The notes: generated by a model from the letters alone, not told the origin. Shown: positions 38,734-49,961, counted from the stretch's first letter. The stretch is DNA of 64,000 nucleotides from a bacterium (GCA_963675755.2 CAXXMD010000003.1:2976001-3040000), one strand, 5' to 3'. Translations and numbers: made by a program.

Positions 38734-39923
38734 TACGGTTGGGCAAAGATGGTAAAATGAACATATATATGATAGGTCCCACGTATCCGTATCGTGGTGG
38801 TATAGCTCACTATACTACACTTTTGTTTCGTGAATTCAGAAAAAAACACAATGTAACCCTCTGCGCGGTCAAGCGACAGTACCCCATGTGGTTGTATCCC
38901 GGGGAGACTGATCGAGATCCCAGTAAAGAATATCTTACTGAAGAGGGTATAGAATACATGCTGGATTCCATGAATCCGCTGACCTGGTTCAAGATTATTG
39001 CGCATATCCGCAAGATAAAACCGGATGTAGTTATTATACCCTGGTGGGTTACGTTTTGGACCGTACAATACTGGACAATCTGTGCGCCTATTCGCTGGTT
39101 CAAGCTGTCAAAGGTTTTATTTGTATGTCATAATGTAGTAGAGCACGAATCCAGCAAGCTCAAAACTTTTTTGACACGTCTTGTATTGAGCAAAGGCGAC
39201 TATTTTCTGGTGCATTCCGGCGAAGTCAAAGACACCCTGCTGAAATTACTTCCAAATGCAAAAATTGGTGTCAAAGGACACCCCAAGTATGATTTTTTCA
39301 AGACTGCTCAAACAGATCGTGATGCGCAGCGTGAAAAGTATGGGTTTGAACAGGATGATCTGGTACTGTTGTTTTTCGGATTTGTACGCAAGTATAAAGG
39401 TGTGCCGGTTTTGCTGGATGCAATGAAAACACTGGCGCCCAAATATAATAATATAAAATTGTTACTCGTTGGCGAAGCCTGGCACGAAGAAGAGACAGTT
39501 ATTGAAGAAAAAATTGCATCCTATGGATTGAAGGAGCAAGTCGTTCGCGTGAATGCCTATGTACCCAATGAGGATGTGCAATTGTATTTCAACGCATCGG
39601 ATGTGGCTGTTTTTCCATATTCAACCGCTACTGCCAGCGGGGCGTTACAAATTGCTTTGGCAATGGATGTTCCGGTAATTGCCACTCGCATGAGTTGTTT
39701 TGAAGAAATTGTTGATGAAAATGAATCCGGATTTATAATACCCCCTGATGATCCCAATGCTATTGTAGATGCTGTTGAAAAGTTCATGAATGATGGTGAA
39801 ATTAATCGTCAATTAATTCAGGATATGAAAGTCCATATCGGCAAACAGAACAAACAGGTGGATTGGGAAGAAATGGCTGATTTTTTGACAGAACTGGTGG
39901 AAAGCGGAACCCATGCCGATTGA
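38730..39923 (+). CDS. Glycosyltransferase family 4
   Basis: PYRGGIAHY, FFGFVRKYKG, PYSTATASG. Confidence 0.88.
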   Translation: MIRLGKDGKMNIYMIGPTYPYRGGIAHYTTLLFREFRKKHNVTLCAVKRQYPMWLYPGETDRDPSKEYLTEEGIEYMLDSMNPLTWFKIIAHIRKIKPDVVIIPWWVTFWTVQYWTICAPIRWFKLSKVLFVCHNVVEHESSKLKTFLTRLVLSKGDYFLVHSGEVKDTLLKLLPNAKIGVKGHPKYDFFKTAQTDRDAQREKYGFEQDDLVLLFFGFVRKYKGVPVLLDAMKTLAPKYNNIKLLLVGEAWHEEETVIEEKIASYGLKEQVVRVNAYVPNEDVQLYFNASDVAVFPYSTATASGALQIALAMDVPVIATRMSCFEEIVDENESGFIIPPDDPNAIVDAVEKFMNDGEINRQLIQDMKVHIGKQNKQVDWEEMADFLTELVESGTHAD

Positions 39924-40812
39924 CAAGAACCAAAAACCGGATATCTCTGTAATCATCCCCTCTTTTAATCACGAGCATTACATTGTAAATATGCTGCAAT
40001 CGATTGAAAAGCAGGAAACAGATTTTAACTATCAGGTGATTGTTGTTGATAGTGGTACAGATAACTCTTCGACTATCATCAGCGAACGTTTTCCCTGGGT
40101 AGAATTGGTGCGTTCCGAAGAACGTTTGTATCCCGGACAAGGGCGCAACAAGGGTGTAGAGCTTGCCGGCTCTGATGTCATTGCATTTACAGACACTGAT
40201 TGTACCATCAGTCCCGGCTGGGTGCAGAATATGGTGAATGGCCATAAAAGCGGTAAAAATCTGCTGGTAGGCCCGGTATTGAACGGTACACCAAAAAGTA
40301 TTATCGGTACGGTTGATTATTTGCTGGAATTTTTTGATTCCTGGAACACTAGGAATGGTATTAAAATCGGTCCTGTAGGTACCGTGAATGTATGTTTTGA
40401 CCATTCCATATTTGAAACCTATGGCCCGTTAGACGGATTTGTTAAAGGAAGTGACAGCCGGTTTTTCCGTAAAGTACTGGATGCGGGTGAAACGATTTAC
40501 TGGTTAAAAGGAATGAGTGTAACGCATCATAATCGCACCAAATTCAAAGTAGTGATGCGAAATCAGTATCACCTGGGATTAGGTGCAGCTGCAACCGGCA
40601 AAGTGCACAAGTCCCGCGCTCAATTTATGATGAAATACCCGATATTTATTCCGCTTATTCCGTTTATGAGATTTATCCGTATTGGATGGATTTTGTTACG
40701 GAAAGCGCCATTAAAGCATTTTCTTTCATATATTTTATTATCTCCTCTCATTATGTTGGGATTGGTTGTACATGCAACCGGTTTTGTCGCCGGAGCGCTC
40801 AAAAAAGCATAA
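39913..40812 (+). CDS. Glycosyltransferase family 2
   Basis: IIPSFN, VVDSG, RNKG, FTDTDC. Confidence 0.85.
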   Translation: MPIDKNQKPDISVIIPSFNHEHYIVNMLQSIEKQETDFNYQVIVVDSGTDNSSTIISERFPWVELVRSEERLYPGQGRNKGVELAGSDVIAFTDTDCTISPGWVQNMVNGHKSGKNLLVGPVLNGTPKSIIGTVDYLLEFFDSWNTRNGIKIGPVGTVNVCFDHSIFETYGPLDGFVKGSDSRFFRKVLDAGETIYWLKGMSVTHHNRTKFKVVMRNQYHLGLGAAATGKVHKSRAQFMMKYPIFIPLIPFMRFIRIGWILLRKAPLKHFLSYILLSPLIMLGLVVHATGFVAGALKKA

Positions 40813-40869
40813 ATACTGATTGTTTTAACCTTGTACAAGGTTAATTTATTTTTATAACTGAATCATATA

Positions 40870-42168
40870 ATGGATAAAAGAACAAACGCTGCCAGGGTAG
40901 CATTTATTTTAAACTATTTCCCGGTCTTGTCCGAGACCTTTATCTTTTCCGAGTTGGATGGATTGTTTTCCCGTCATATTGATCTGGAAATTTTTTCTCT
41001 TTTCAGAAAAAGTGACAACAGTCCGTTACAGGATGCTGGTCAACTGGGAACCCGGACCACATATCTGTCAGATTATACCAGACCCATAAATGTATTGTCT
41101 AGCCATCTCGTTTTTATGTTCAGCAGGCCTGTTCAATATTTTAAAACACTTGCTTTTGCGGTCCGTAATGGTAATCCCGGGTATGTGTTTGGAACGGCTT
41201 TTAAATATTTGGTTTTGCACAAAGGGGACCGGAAAAAAATACCATACAACGTAAGACAGGATTTGTTCATTCATTTTGTTCTTGCTGTTCCTTTTGCGCG
41301 GGTTATGATGAAGAAACAATTCAGCCTGATTCATGGTCATTTTGCCGATGCTGCCACCAGTTTTGCAATGCTGATCTCTAAACTGTGCAATATCCCTTTT
41401 AGCTTTACCACACATGCTACGGATTTATTTGTCAGGCCGGTATTGCTGCCCTTGAAAGTCAAGAACGCAAAATTTGTTCTGACCTGCACGGAATATAACA
41501 AGAATTATATTGTTGAAAATATTAAAGATATCCCTAAAGATAAAGTGATTCTCAACTATCACGGCGTTGCTGTTGAAAAATTTTTAAAAGATACAAAGCA
41601 AAAGAATACTATCCCGGTAATATTTACGGTTGGCAGGCTTGTTGAGAAAAAAGGATTTGATGTTTTAATGCGGGCATGCAAGATCCTCAAAGAACAGGGA
41701 ATAGAGGCCCATTGCAGAATTGCCGGACAAGGCCCGCTATGGGATGATTTGCATAAGCAAAGTTTAGAGTTGGGACTGGAAGTAGATTTTTTGGGTGCGG
41801 TTTCTCATCAGGAAATGAAAGACCTTTACCAAAATGCCGATATATTTGCGTTACCTTGCAGAGTTGCCGAAAATGGTGACCGAGACGGCATTCCAAATGT
41901 AATTGCAGAAGCCATGGCAATGGAATTGCCGGTTGTTTCAACATGTGTGTCTGGAATTCCGGAAGTCATTGAATCCGGGAAAAGTGGATTTTTGGTTGAT
42001 TCTAATGATCCGGTTGCTCTTGCTCAGGCGTTAAAATACCTGATAGAAAATCCGGAAATCCGCAATGACATCGGCAAGCGTGCAAGAGATAATATTACAT
42101 CGGTATTTAATAAATCTGAAAAAATCGATGAACTGGTCGAGATTTTCCGGAAACAGCTCGGAGAATAG
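40870..42168 (+). CDS. Glycosyltransferase family 4 (WcaL-like)
   Basis: FPVLSETFI, HGHFA, VGRLVEKKG, DRDGIPNVIAEAMA. Confidence 0.9.
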   Translation: MDKRTNAARVAFILNYFPVLSETFIFSELDGLFSRHIDLEIFSLFRKSDNSPLQDAGQLGTRTTYLSDYTRPINVLSSHLVFMFSRPVQYFKTLAFAVRNGNPGYVFGTAFKYLVLHKGDRKKIPYNVRQDLFIHFVLAVPFARVMMKKQFSLIHGHFADAATSFAMLISKLCNIPFSFTTHATDLFVRPVLLPLKVKNAKFVLTCTEYNKNYIVENIKDIPKDKVILNYHGVAVEKFLKDTKQKNTIPVIFTVGRLVEKKGFDVLMRACKILKEQGIEAHCRIAGQGPLWDDLHKQSLELGLEVDFLGAVSHQEMKDLYQNADIFALPCRVAENGDRDGIPNVIAEAMAMELPVVSTCVSGIPEVIESGKSGFLVDSNDPVALAQALKYLIENPEIRNDIGKRARDNITSVFNKSEKIDELVEIFRKQLGE

Positions 42169-42169
42169 A

Positions 42170-42997
42170 GTGACCAATGAAAAATATCTGATAGTCAATG
42201 CAGATGATTTTGGACTCACCCCGGCTATTACACAGGGTACCATTAAAAGTATAACTGATGGCATTGTAAACAGTGTTTCAATTGCTGCCAATGGCAGTGA
42301 TTTGGAAACTGCTTGTAATTTTTTAACAGACCACCCGGAAATTTCTCCGGGCTGGCATATTAACCTGACATCCGGAAAGCCAATCAGCGGCAGTTCGGAC
42401 AAGCATCTCTTTAAAGGCAAGAACAATCTATTTACAGCAGCGTTGATGAATCGATTGGATGCTGATTCGGTTAAAAGTGAATTGTTTGCGCAATGGAACC
42501 AATTGAACGCATGGGGTTTAAATATTACCCATGTAGACAGTCATCATGATATACACTTTATGCCGGGTTTACGAGGATTATTAGTTGAATTTATCAAAGA
42601 GTTGGGAATTCCTTTTTTAAGGTATTCCGGTGCCCGGTTGTACAATGTTCCGGTTACAAATATTCTAAAAAATGGTCTGGAATTTGGAATAACAAATTGC
42701 ATTTTAAGGTTATTTTCGATAAAAGACACCCATGATGTTGATTTTATTCAATTTCGTGAGTTATATCAATCCAATAATAAAGCAGATATATTACATTTAT
42801 ATATGAACCGGTTAAAGCCGGGAACAACACTTTGGATTTGTCACCCGGGTTTTTCAGATCCGGAAAATCCAATAAACTTGAACTATAATCACTCAAGACA
42901 ATTTGAAACAGAGGCGTTATGCCTTGACTCTGTTCGTAAAGCGCTGGATAAAAAAAATATTAAATTGGTAAATTACAGAGACGTGATGTATGCTTGA
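42170..42997 (+). CDS. ChbG/HpnK/YdjC family carbohydrate deacetylase
   Basis: LIVNADDFG, GWHINLTSG, THVDSHH, CHPG; start moved to GTG 42170. Confidence 0.85.
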   Translation: MTNEKYLIVNADDFGLTPAITQGTIKSITDGIVNSVSIAANGSDLETACNFLTDHPEISPGWHINLTSGKPISGSSDKHLFKGKNNLFTAALMNRLDADSVKSELFAQWNQLNAWGLNITHVDSHHDIHFMPGLRGLLVEFIKELGIPFLRYSGARLYNVPVTNILKNGLEFGITNCILRLFSIKDTHDVDFIQFRELYQSNNKADILHLYMNRLKPGTTLWICHPGFSDPENPINLNYNHSRQFETEALCLDSVRKALDKKNIKLVNYRDVMYA

Positions 42998-44927
42998 TAC
43001 GCAAAAAAATAACCGGTATTCTTTATATCTCTCCGTATTGCTGCTAGCCGGACTATTGGTACGTATTGGTTTGCTCTATATCAGATGGATTAATCCTGAT
43101 GAGGGCGCACACATGATGGATGCCCGCATGGTGCTTGATGGATTACTTCCTATTGTAGACTATGAATCCCGTCAGCCCTTTTATGTATTTTCCATTGCAT
43201 TATTGTTCAAGGTGTTTGGCGTTCATTATTGGGTTGGCAGACTGCTGCCTTTGATTGCGACTTTGGGCACAGGATTCATGATGTTTCTTATTGGCCGACG
43301 AATGTTTAATGATATTGTTGGTTTGCTCGCTTCTGCGGTGTACCTGTTTCTGCCCTTGTCTTTGGCTTGGTCTGTTATTGTGAAAAGCGAGACCCTTGCG
43401 GTCTTTTTAGGCAGTGTTAGCATCTTTTTTGTACTCAGGGCAGTTGACCAAAATGTACGTAATGCAGGCTGGATGATGCTTGCAGGCATGTTTTCAGCAC
43501 TTGCCTATTACTCCCGGCAGCTTTCTATCTATTTACCTGTTATCATTATTTTGTATTTTCTTATACGTAAAGATATGAGGTCAGGGCAAAAAGCCGCACT
43601 GATCTTTCAATACATTTTGGGTTACCTGGCAATATGTGTGACCTTTGGCGGCTTTTATATGCAATCCATGGGATTGCAGGATGTTTTATTTTCGCAATTG
43701 AATCCATTTAATCTGGTTTATTTTAATATTCTGCACATTTTCGGGGCACTTCCCCAGGAATTACAGGTTGCGGAAAGCAGCGGTATCCGTGTGTTGAATC
43801 AGGACATTCAGGTTACCATGACCCAATGGAAACATATTTTTTATTTCACCCTGTACATTCTGGTGGGTGCTTTTGCTGTAGGTGTAAGAATATTTATGGG
43901 AAGTAATAATAAAAATCCAATCAAAGCTGCAATTCAGGAAAAGCGTTACAATTATATTCTACTGCTCCTTTGGATTGTGTTTGTAACTCTGCCTTATGTT
44001 GCTCAATCTTTTGTACGTGGATTTTATACATCGTATTTTATGGAGTTTTTGCCTCCGCTGATATTACTTGCATCGGTATATTTTGAAGTCATTTATCGTA
44101 AAGTCGGTGTAGATTTTTTCAAATTTATGGGATTAGCGTTGGTTAGCTATTATTTCTTTTTCTTTTTACAAAAAGCCATGTGGAAGTTTTACCCTGGAGT
44201 TGGTGTCTATATGCTGTTAGGATCTGTAGCAGCCAGCTTTGGGTTGTTTTTTTTCTCAAGGAAATGGGATTTCAAAGTCCTGTTTGTACTCAATCTGGTT
44301 TCCGCAATCATTATTGGTATATTGAATTACAGCCTGGTGGTTGCAGGTCTTGATCAGTTATTGGCGCTTTTAATTACCATGTTTGTACTTTATTTTGTAA
44401 TCAAATACCTCACTGTTCGTTTGGTATACTATGGTGAAAAAAAGGCAATGGCCGCATTCGTCAGAATTTATATTGTGATTGTAGCATTTGTGATTTCCGG
44501 TGCGTTTTCAGGTTTACATATAGGTCCCAAATACAACAGTGTATGGTCTCCCAAAACAGTAAATGCGGTTGCAAAAAAACTTGATGAATTAAGTCAGGCC
44601 AATGATCAGGTGATGAGTGGTGGTTCGATCTGGGGCGTCTCCCGGATTTTACATCCCTTTATGGGTAAAACCCATCCCACTGAATTTTTAAAACAAGCCT
44701 GGCCCGATTTTGAGCAACAATTTCAGGAGAAAAGACCCCGTTTTATCGTTGTGGATGGGTATACTGAGAAAAAATTCTATCGATTTTGGGATATTATAGA
44801 AAAAGAATTACGTGAAAATTATACAAAAGTCGATGAGTACAAAGACAGCGAGTACCCTGTTATTCTCTATAAACTCAAAGACGAATTAATCCGCTCCGAA
44901 TCATTTCTGGTTTTGCAAAATTCATAA
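42990..44927 (+). CDS. GT-C (ArnT/PMT-like) membrane glycosyltransferase
   Basis: First-loop NPDEG, RQPFY, many TMs, C-terminal soluble domain (PRFIVVD). Confidence 0.75.
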   Translation: MLDTQKNNRYSLYLSVLLLAGLLVRIGLLYIRWINPDEGAHMMDARMVLDGLLPIVDYESRQPFYVFSIALLFKVFGVHYWVGRLLPLIATLGTGFMMFLIGRRMFNDIVGLLASAVYLFLPLSLAWSVIVKSETLAVFLGSVSIFFVLRAVDQNVRNAGWMMLAGMFSALAYYSRQLSIYLPVIIILYFLIRKDMRSGQKAALIFQYILGYLAICVTFGGFYMQSMGLQDVLFSQLNPFNLVYFNILHIFGALPQELQVAESSGIRVLNQDIQVTMTQWKHIFYFTLYILVGAFAVGVRIFMGSNNKNPIKAAIQEKRYNYILLLLWIVFVTLPYVAQSFVRGFYTSYFMEFLPPLILLASVYFEVIYRKVGVDFFKFMGLALVSYYFFFFLQKAMWKFYPGVGVYMLLGSVAASFGLFFFSRKWDFKVLFVLNLVSAIIIGILNYSLVVAGLDQLLALLITMFVLYFVIKYLTVRLVYYGEKKAMAAFVRIYIVIVAFVISGAFSGLHIGPKYNSVWSPKTVNAVAKKLDELSQANDQVMSGGSIWGVSRILHPFMGKTHPTEFLKQAWPDFEQQFQEKRPRFIVVDGYTEKKFYRFWDIIEKELRENYTKVDEYKDSEYPVILYKLKDELIRSESFLVLQNS

Positions 44928-44946
44928 AAATCCACTACATTCATCC

Positions 44947-46440
44947 ATGTCGTCGTTAAAACAAAAAACAGTATCTGGTGTCATGTGGACCGGCATTGCA
45001 AAAATGAGCATGCAGCTAGTGTTGCTTGTTGTCATGTTTGTGCTTGCCAGGTTGATCTCGGAAGAGGATTTCGGGATTGTAGCAATGGCAAGTGTTATTA
45101 CCGTAGCTATTGGTATGGTAAATGACCGCGGGCTGGGCACAGCCATCATCCAGAAAAAACAAGTGTCTGAAAGTTTATTATCTACAATGTTTTGGGGCAG
45201 TGTTTTATTTGGAACATTGCTGTTTTTAATTGGCTATGTTACTGCTTATCCGCTTTCTCTTTTTTATAAGGAACCGGTTGTAGTTCCAATTGTAAGAACC
45301 ATGTCACTCGGCTTTTTTATTGGCGGCTTGGGTATTGTGCAAAAGGCCCTGCTTACCAAAGAGATGATGTTTAAAAAACTTGCCATTATTGAAACCGCTG
45401 CGGTTTTGACCAGCGGAATACTGGCTATTATTATGGCGTTTTTAAATACAGGTGTTTGGAGCCTGGTGGTACTAACATTGGGAAGAGATCTTTTTACGGT
45501 TATTCTGGTTTGGTTGTTTTACAAGTGGCGTCCCTCTTTGCATTTTGTCTGGCAGGAATTTAAAGGCGTATTGGGATTCAGCTCAAATGTACTTGCAAAT
45601 GATGTTGCGTTATACCTGGTAACCAATACAGATGTTACCATAATCGGCCGGTTTTTGGGTAAAGCCATGCTGGGTTATTACAGTCTGGCGTTGAACCTGG
45701 TCAAGCTGCCGGTTACCCGTATATCCGGTATCGTTGCGCGGGTTGTTTTTCCTGCATTCTCTGAACTACAGGACGATCTGCCGCGATTCAAAAACAGCTT
45801 TTTGCGCTCCGTAACATTTATCTCATTGGTCACATTCCCATTGTTGGCGGGCCTTGCGGTCTTTGCTAAAGAGTTTATCATAGTTGCTTTGGGTGAAAAG
45901 TGGCTGCCCATGGTATGGCCGTTGATCATTCTGGTTCCCATGGCTATGTTGAAATCGGTTGGCTCTATTAAAGGATCTGTACTGATGGCTTGCGGGCGTC
46001 CGGATATTGAGCTGAAATGGAATTTGGTATATTTTCCGCCCTTAGTAGCTGTTGTATGGTTCGGTACCAAATACGGTCTTGTAGGTGCGGCGGCTGCTTT
46101 TACATTATTTTATATACTGACATTTTTTATAATACAGCATATTACCAATAAACAGATAAACATAAAAATGATCGAGTTTTTAAAAGCGTTATCAGTTAGC
46201 TCCTTTTCGACCGCAATTATGGTTATTTTAGGTATACTCTATAAATTGTTTTTGACGCGATTTTTACATATTAATGATATTATTATACTTGTGACTGGAA
46301 TAATAATTTCTGTTTTAATATATTACATGGTTATAAGGATTCTGAAAAAGGATCTGATAATAGAATTTATGCAAATGTTTAAAAAAGGAACCGGGAAAAA
46401 AATGCAGATAGAGCCAGAAGACGTGATGGTGAGTGAATGA
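44947..46440 (+). CDS. wzx: Wzx flippase (WzxC-like, MOP superfamily)
   Basis: LARLISEEDFG, GLGTAIIQ, GVWSLV, LGYYSLA, VVFPAFS, LGEKW. Confidence 0.88.
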   Translation: MSSLKQKTVSGVMWTGIAKMSMQLVLLVVMFVLARLISEEDFGIVAMASVITVAIGMVNDRGLGTAIIQKKQVSESLLSTMFWGSVLFGTLLFLIGYVTAYPLSLFYKEPVVVPIVRTMSLGFFIGGLGIVQKALLTKEMMFKKLAIIETAAVLTSGILAIIMAFLNTGVWSLVVLTLGRDLFTVILVWLFYKWRPSLHFVWQEFKGVLGFSSNVLANDVALYLVTNTDVTIIGRFLGKAMLGYYSLALNLVKLPVTRISGIVARVVFPAFSELQDDLPRFKNSFLRSVTFISLVTFPLLAGLAVFAKEFIIVALGEKWLPMVWPLIILVPMAMLKSVGSIKGSVLMACGRPDIELKWNLVYFPPLVAVVWFGTKYGLVGAAAAFTLFYILTFFIIQHITNKQINIKMIEFLKALSVSSFSTAIMVILGILYKLFLTRFLHINDIIILVTGIIISVLIYYMVIRILKKDLIIEFMQMFKKGTGKKMQIEPEDVMVSE

Positions 46441-47558
46441 AAATAGCAATTATGGGAATTCGGGGTATTCCGGCAAATTATGGCGGCTTTGAAACCTTTG
46501 CCGAAGAACTGGCACCCCGTTTGGTAAAACGCGGACACGATGTTACGGTTTACGGACGTTCTAATACAATTGATTATGACCAGGAATATTATAAAGGAGT
46601 ACGGATCAAGATCTTGCCGACTATTGGGCACAAGTATCTTGATACGGTCATCCATACGCTTGTTTGCACTTTGTATAGTTTCTTTATAAAGTATGATATG
46701 GTTTTTATCTGCAACAGTGCCAACGCGGCCTTTGCAATATTACCACGATTAATGGGCAAACCCGTTGTATTAAATGTAGATGGACTGGAGTGGAAACGTA
46801 AAAAGTGGAACAAGGCCGGGCAGTTGTTTTACAAGGTTTCTGAGTTTTTAGCAACTTTTTTGCCAACAGCAATCGTTTCGGACGCGCATGATGTGCAGCG
46901 CTACTATGAAAAGAAATTTAATAAAACATCAACATTTATTCCTTATGGTGCACCAGATGGCCCTGTTGATACGACAGATATTTTAAAAGAGCTGGGTATT
47001 GAACCTCGTGATTACATCCTTTATGTCAGCAGAATGGAGCCAGAAAACAATGCTCACAGGGTAGTTAAGGCATTTGAAAATTTAAAAACCGATAAAAAGC
47101 TGGTGATGGTTGGAGATGCTCCTTACAGTAACGATTACATTAAACAATTGAAAAATACCTCAGATAAACGGATTATTTTTACCGGGTATGTCTTTGGTCA
47201 AGGATATCGAGAGTTGCAGAGCAATGCTTATTTTTATGTACAGGCCACAGAGGTTGGAGGTACACACCCGGCTTTGGTTGAAGGAATGGGGTACGGAAAT
47301 TGTGTGTTGGCCAATGATGTGCCCGAGCATCGTGAAGTATTGGGTGAGGCTGGTTTGTTTTATAAAATGAATGATATTGCTGATCTGACTCGTCAGATGC
47401 AACAGTTGTGTGACGATCCTGATAAAGTGGCTCAGTACCGTGATATTGTTAACGATTGGGTACATGCGCGTTTCAGTTGGGACAAGGTAACGAAAGATTA
47501 TGAAAGTTTGTTTTTAAAAGTAAATAGAAATTACAGGAAAAATAATGGCAGATCCTAG
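46437..47558 (+). CDS. Glycosyltransferase family 4 (DUF1972-type)
   Basis: GIRGIPANYGGFETF, NVDGLEWKRKKW, RMEPENN, VGGTHPALVE. Confidence 0.88.
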   Translation: MKIAIMGIRGIPANYGGFETFAEELAPRLVKRGHDVTVYGRSNTIDYDQEYYKGVRIKILPTIGHKYLDTVIHTLVCTLYSFFIKYDMVFICNSANAAFAILPRLMGKPVVLNVDGLEWKRKKWNKAGQLFYKVSEFLATFLPTAIVSDAHDVQRYYEKKFNKTSTFIPYGAPDGPVDTTDILKELGIEPRDYILYVSRMEPENNAHRVVKAFENLKTDKKLVMVGDAPYSNDYIKQLKNTSDKRIIFTGYVFGQGYRELQSNAYFYVQATEVGGTHPALVEGMGYGNCVLANDVPEHREVLGEAGLFYKMNDIADLTRQMQQLCDDPDKVAQYRDIVNDWVHARFSWDKVTKDYESLFLKVNRNYRKNNGRS

Positions 47559-48309
47559 AAAACGTTTGTTGATCTTGATTCCTTCGTATAACGAAGAAAA
47601 AAATCTACCACCTGTTTTGCAAAAGCTGTTTGGAGAAATGGATGATTTGGCGGGTAATTATTGGGATATTGAAGTTCTGGTGATTAACGATGGATCAAAA
47701 GATAAAACCGCACAGATTGCAAAAGAAAAAGGTGTCAAAGTTGTATCGTTACCCATCAATCTGGGGTATGGTGCGGCATTGCAGACCGGTTTTAAAATTG
47801 CCCGGGACCAGGATTATGACGCAGTGATCTGTATGGATGCAGATGGCCAGCATCGGCCTGAAGATTTAAAAGTACTTATGAAAGAGTTTCAGGAAAAGAA
47901 ATACAAGGTGATTCTGGGATCACGCTTTGTGACCAACACCGGTTACCAGACCAACATATTCCGGAAAATGGGTATCATGATGTTCAGCCTGGTACTAAAA
48001 ATGTTGTGTGGTAAAAAAATTGCAGATGTTACTACAGGTTTGCAATTGTTAGACAAGCAGGTAGTACGTCTTTTGGCAGAAGAATATCCACATGATTTTC
48101 CTGATACGCAGGTATTGTTAATGCTGTCTCTTGTGGGCTTTGATATCAAAGAAGTTCCGGTCAAAGTTGAACAGCGAATTTACGGGACCTCAATGCATTC
48201 ATCCTTAATGTCTCTGTTGTATCCCTTGCGGAATTCCCTGGCAATCATATTAACCTTGTTGCGGATTGCACAAATCAAACGTAGTGTTATCCAGACGGTA
48301 AGTGAATGA
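47545..48309 (+). CDS. GT2 polyprenol-phosphate glycosyltransferase-like (DPM1-like, soluble)
   Basis: IPSYNEE, NDGS, NLGYGAALQTG, MDADGQH, GSRF. Confidence 0.88.
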   Translation: MADPRKRLLILIPSYNEEKNLPPVLQKLFGEMDDLAGNYWDIEVLVINDGSKDKTAQIAKEKGVKVVSLPINLGYGAALQTGFKIARDQDYDAVICMDADGQHRPEDLKVLMKEFQEKKYKVILGSRFVTNTGYQTNIFRKMGIMMFSLVLKMLCGKKIADVTTGLQLLDKQVVRLLAEEYPHDFPDTQVLLMLSLVGFDIKEVPVKVEQRIYGTSMHSSLMSLLYPLRNSLAIILTLLRIAQIKRSVIQTVSE

Positions 48310-49961
48310 AATTGCCATCTGTTCAAAAGATTGGTTCAGAACATATTATACTTGCCGCAATATTATTGCTGGCGGGTATTCTTCGGTTTTATGCCATTTC
48401 TTTTGGGGCTCCGTTTAAATACCATCCCGATGAGGTCAAGCTGGTAGTACAGGCGGGCCATTTCCTCAACACCCGCTTTATCGATCCGAATGTTTATTTT
48501 ATGGGCGGCATATATCCTGTTTTGTTTACGCTTGTACTTGCTGTCTTGATGGGCATTTATATTTTTTTTGTATTACTAACCGGCAGGCTTGAAGGATTTA
48601 GCCAGGCCGCACAATATTATCAAGACCATAGTTTTGAATTCTTTCTGGTGGGACGTTATTTTGTAGCCATTCTGGGTGTATTATCCGTATTTGTACTTTA
48701 CCTGATAGTGAAAAAGTTATTCAAGAGTAACCGGCTTGCGCTTGTGAGTGCGGCATTACTTGCGGTTAATTTTGTGCATGTGCGAAATTCTCATTTCTGC
48801 ACAGTAGATGTTCCGGCTACATTTCTTGCATTGTTGGCAATCTATTACGCTGCTAAGGTATTGCAGCACCCCAGTACTTTTAATTATTTTCTTTCGGCCT
48901 TGCTGACAGCGGCCGCTATTGGTGCAAAATACAGTCTCTTCCCAACAGCATTACCTTTGATCTATGCGCATATTTACCATGCATGGGGTAAACCATTTGA
49001 TTTTAAAAAGCTGTTCAACCTCAAAGCTGTAACCGCAATAGTGACAGCTATTGCAGGATTTTTTATTTTCTGCCCCATGTTTATTATTGATTTTCAGCGT
49101 ACCATGGCGCGGTTGTTTAGATATCAGGCTTTTGAGAAAATTGGCAAGATTGGCAGTGGCGGCAGTTTTTTATCCTATTGGACTGGAGACCAGTCTCCGG
49201 GATTCGGGATGTTTTATCCCAACTCGATTCCCACAACATTTGGTGTATTTTTAACGATATTGATTCTTGTCGGAATTGGTATCCAGCTATATCGACATAA
49301 AAAACAAGATATCTTTTTATTGATTTTTGTATTGCCCATGTATTTTTATTTTGATCATCTGGCATATAAAGCCATGAGGCATATTTTGCCCATCATTCCC
49401 ATTCTGCTTGTGAGTGGGGCCGTTGCATTGGTATGGTTGAGTGAAAACTTGTTTAAAAATCCTGTGCTCAAATTTTCCGCATTGGCGGGTTTACTGTTGG
49501 GTCTGGTTATTTCGGGTACAGTGAGTTCCATGAATTATCTGGATGAAATTCAAAAGACTGATCCCCGTACTGATGCCACCACGTGGATAGAGCAAAATAT
49601 ACCTGCAGGTTCTCGAATTGCAGTTGAAGCGTTTCCTCCGGATATACCGGGTTTATATGAAGAAAATGTAGAAAATGGATACGAAATTACCCGGCTGGAA
49701 TTACAATCCAAGCAGGAATCACTTGCAGACTCGTTAATCAATCGCTTTGAAGAAAAAGAGTTTGATTACTATATTGCCGATGGTTTTACGCGCCAATGGC
49801 TTTCGTGGAAATATACACGTGAAAAATATGCCAAAGTTGTTAAAGACCGATATCAGCTTTTTCAATGGCTGGATACGGATGCAACTATAGCCGCGGAATT
49901 CAGACCGGATAACGAACAAATTCAACCATTTATTATTATATATACATTTATAAATGAATAA
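48306..49961 (+). CDS. GT-C (ArnT/PMT-like) membrane glycosyltransferase
   Basis: LRF..HPDE, SHFCTVDVP, AKY, RHILP, WIEQNIPAGSRI. Confidence 0.78.
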   Translation: MKLPSVQKIGSEHIILAAILLLAGILRFYAISFGAPFKYHPDEVKLVVQAGHFLNTRFIDPNVYFMGGIYPVLFTLVLAVLMGIYIFFVLLTGRLEGFSQAAQYYQDHSFEFFLVGRYFVAILGVLSVFVLYLIVKKLFKSNRLALVSAALLAVNFVHVRNSHFCTVDVPATFLALLAIYYAAKVLQHPSTFNYFLSALLTAAAIGAKYSLFPTALPLIYAHIYHAWGKPFDFKKLFNLKAVTAIVTAIAGFFIFCPMFIIDFQRTMARLFRYQAFEKIGKIGSGGSFLSYWTGDQSPGFGMFYPNSIPTTFGVFLTILILVGIGIQLYRHKKQDIFLLIFVLPMYFYFDHLAYKAMRHILPIIPILLVSGAVALVWLSENLFKNPVLKFSALAGLLLGLVISGTVSSMNYLDEIQKTDPRTDATTWIEQNIPAGSRIAVEAFPPDIPGLYEENVENGYEITRLELQSKQESLADSLINRFEEKEFDYYIADGFTRQWLSWKYTREKYAKVVKDRYQLFQWLDTDATIAAEFRPDNEQIQPFIIIYTFINE

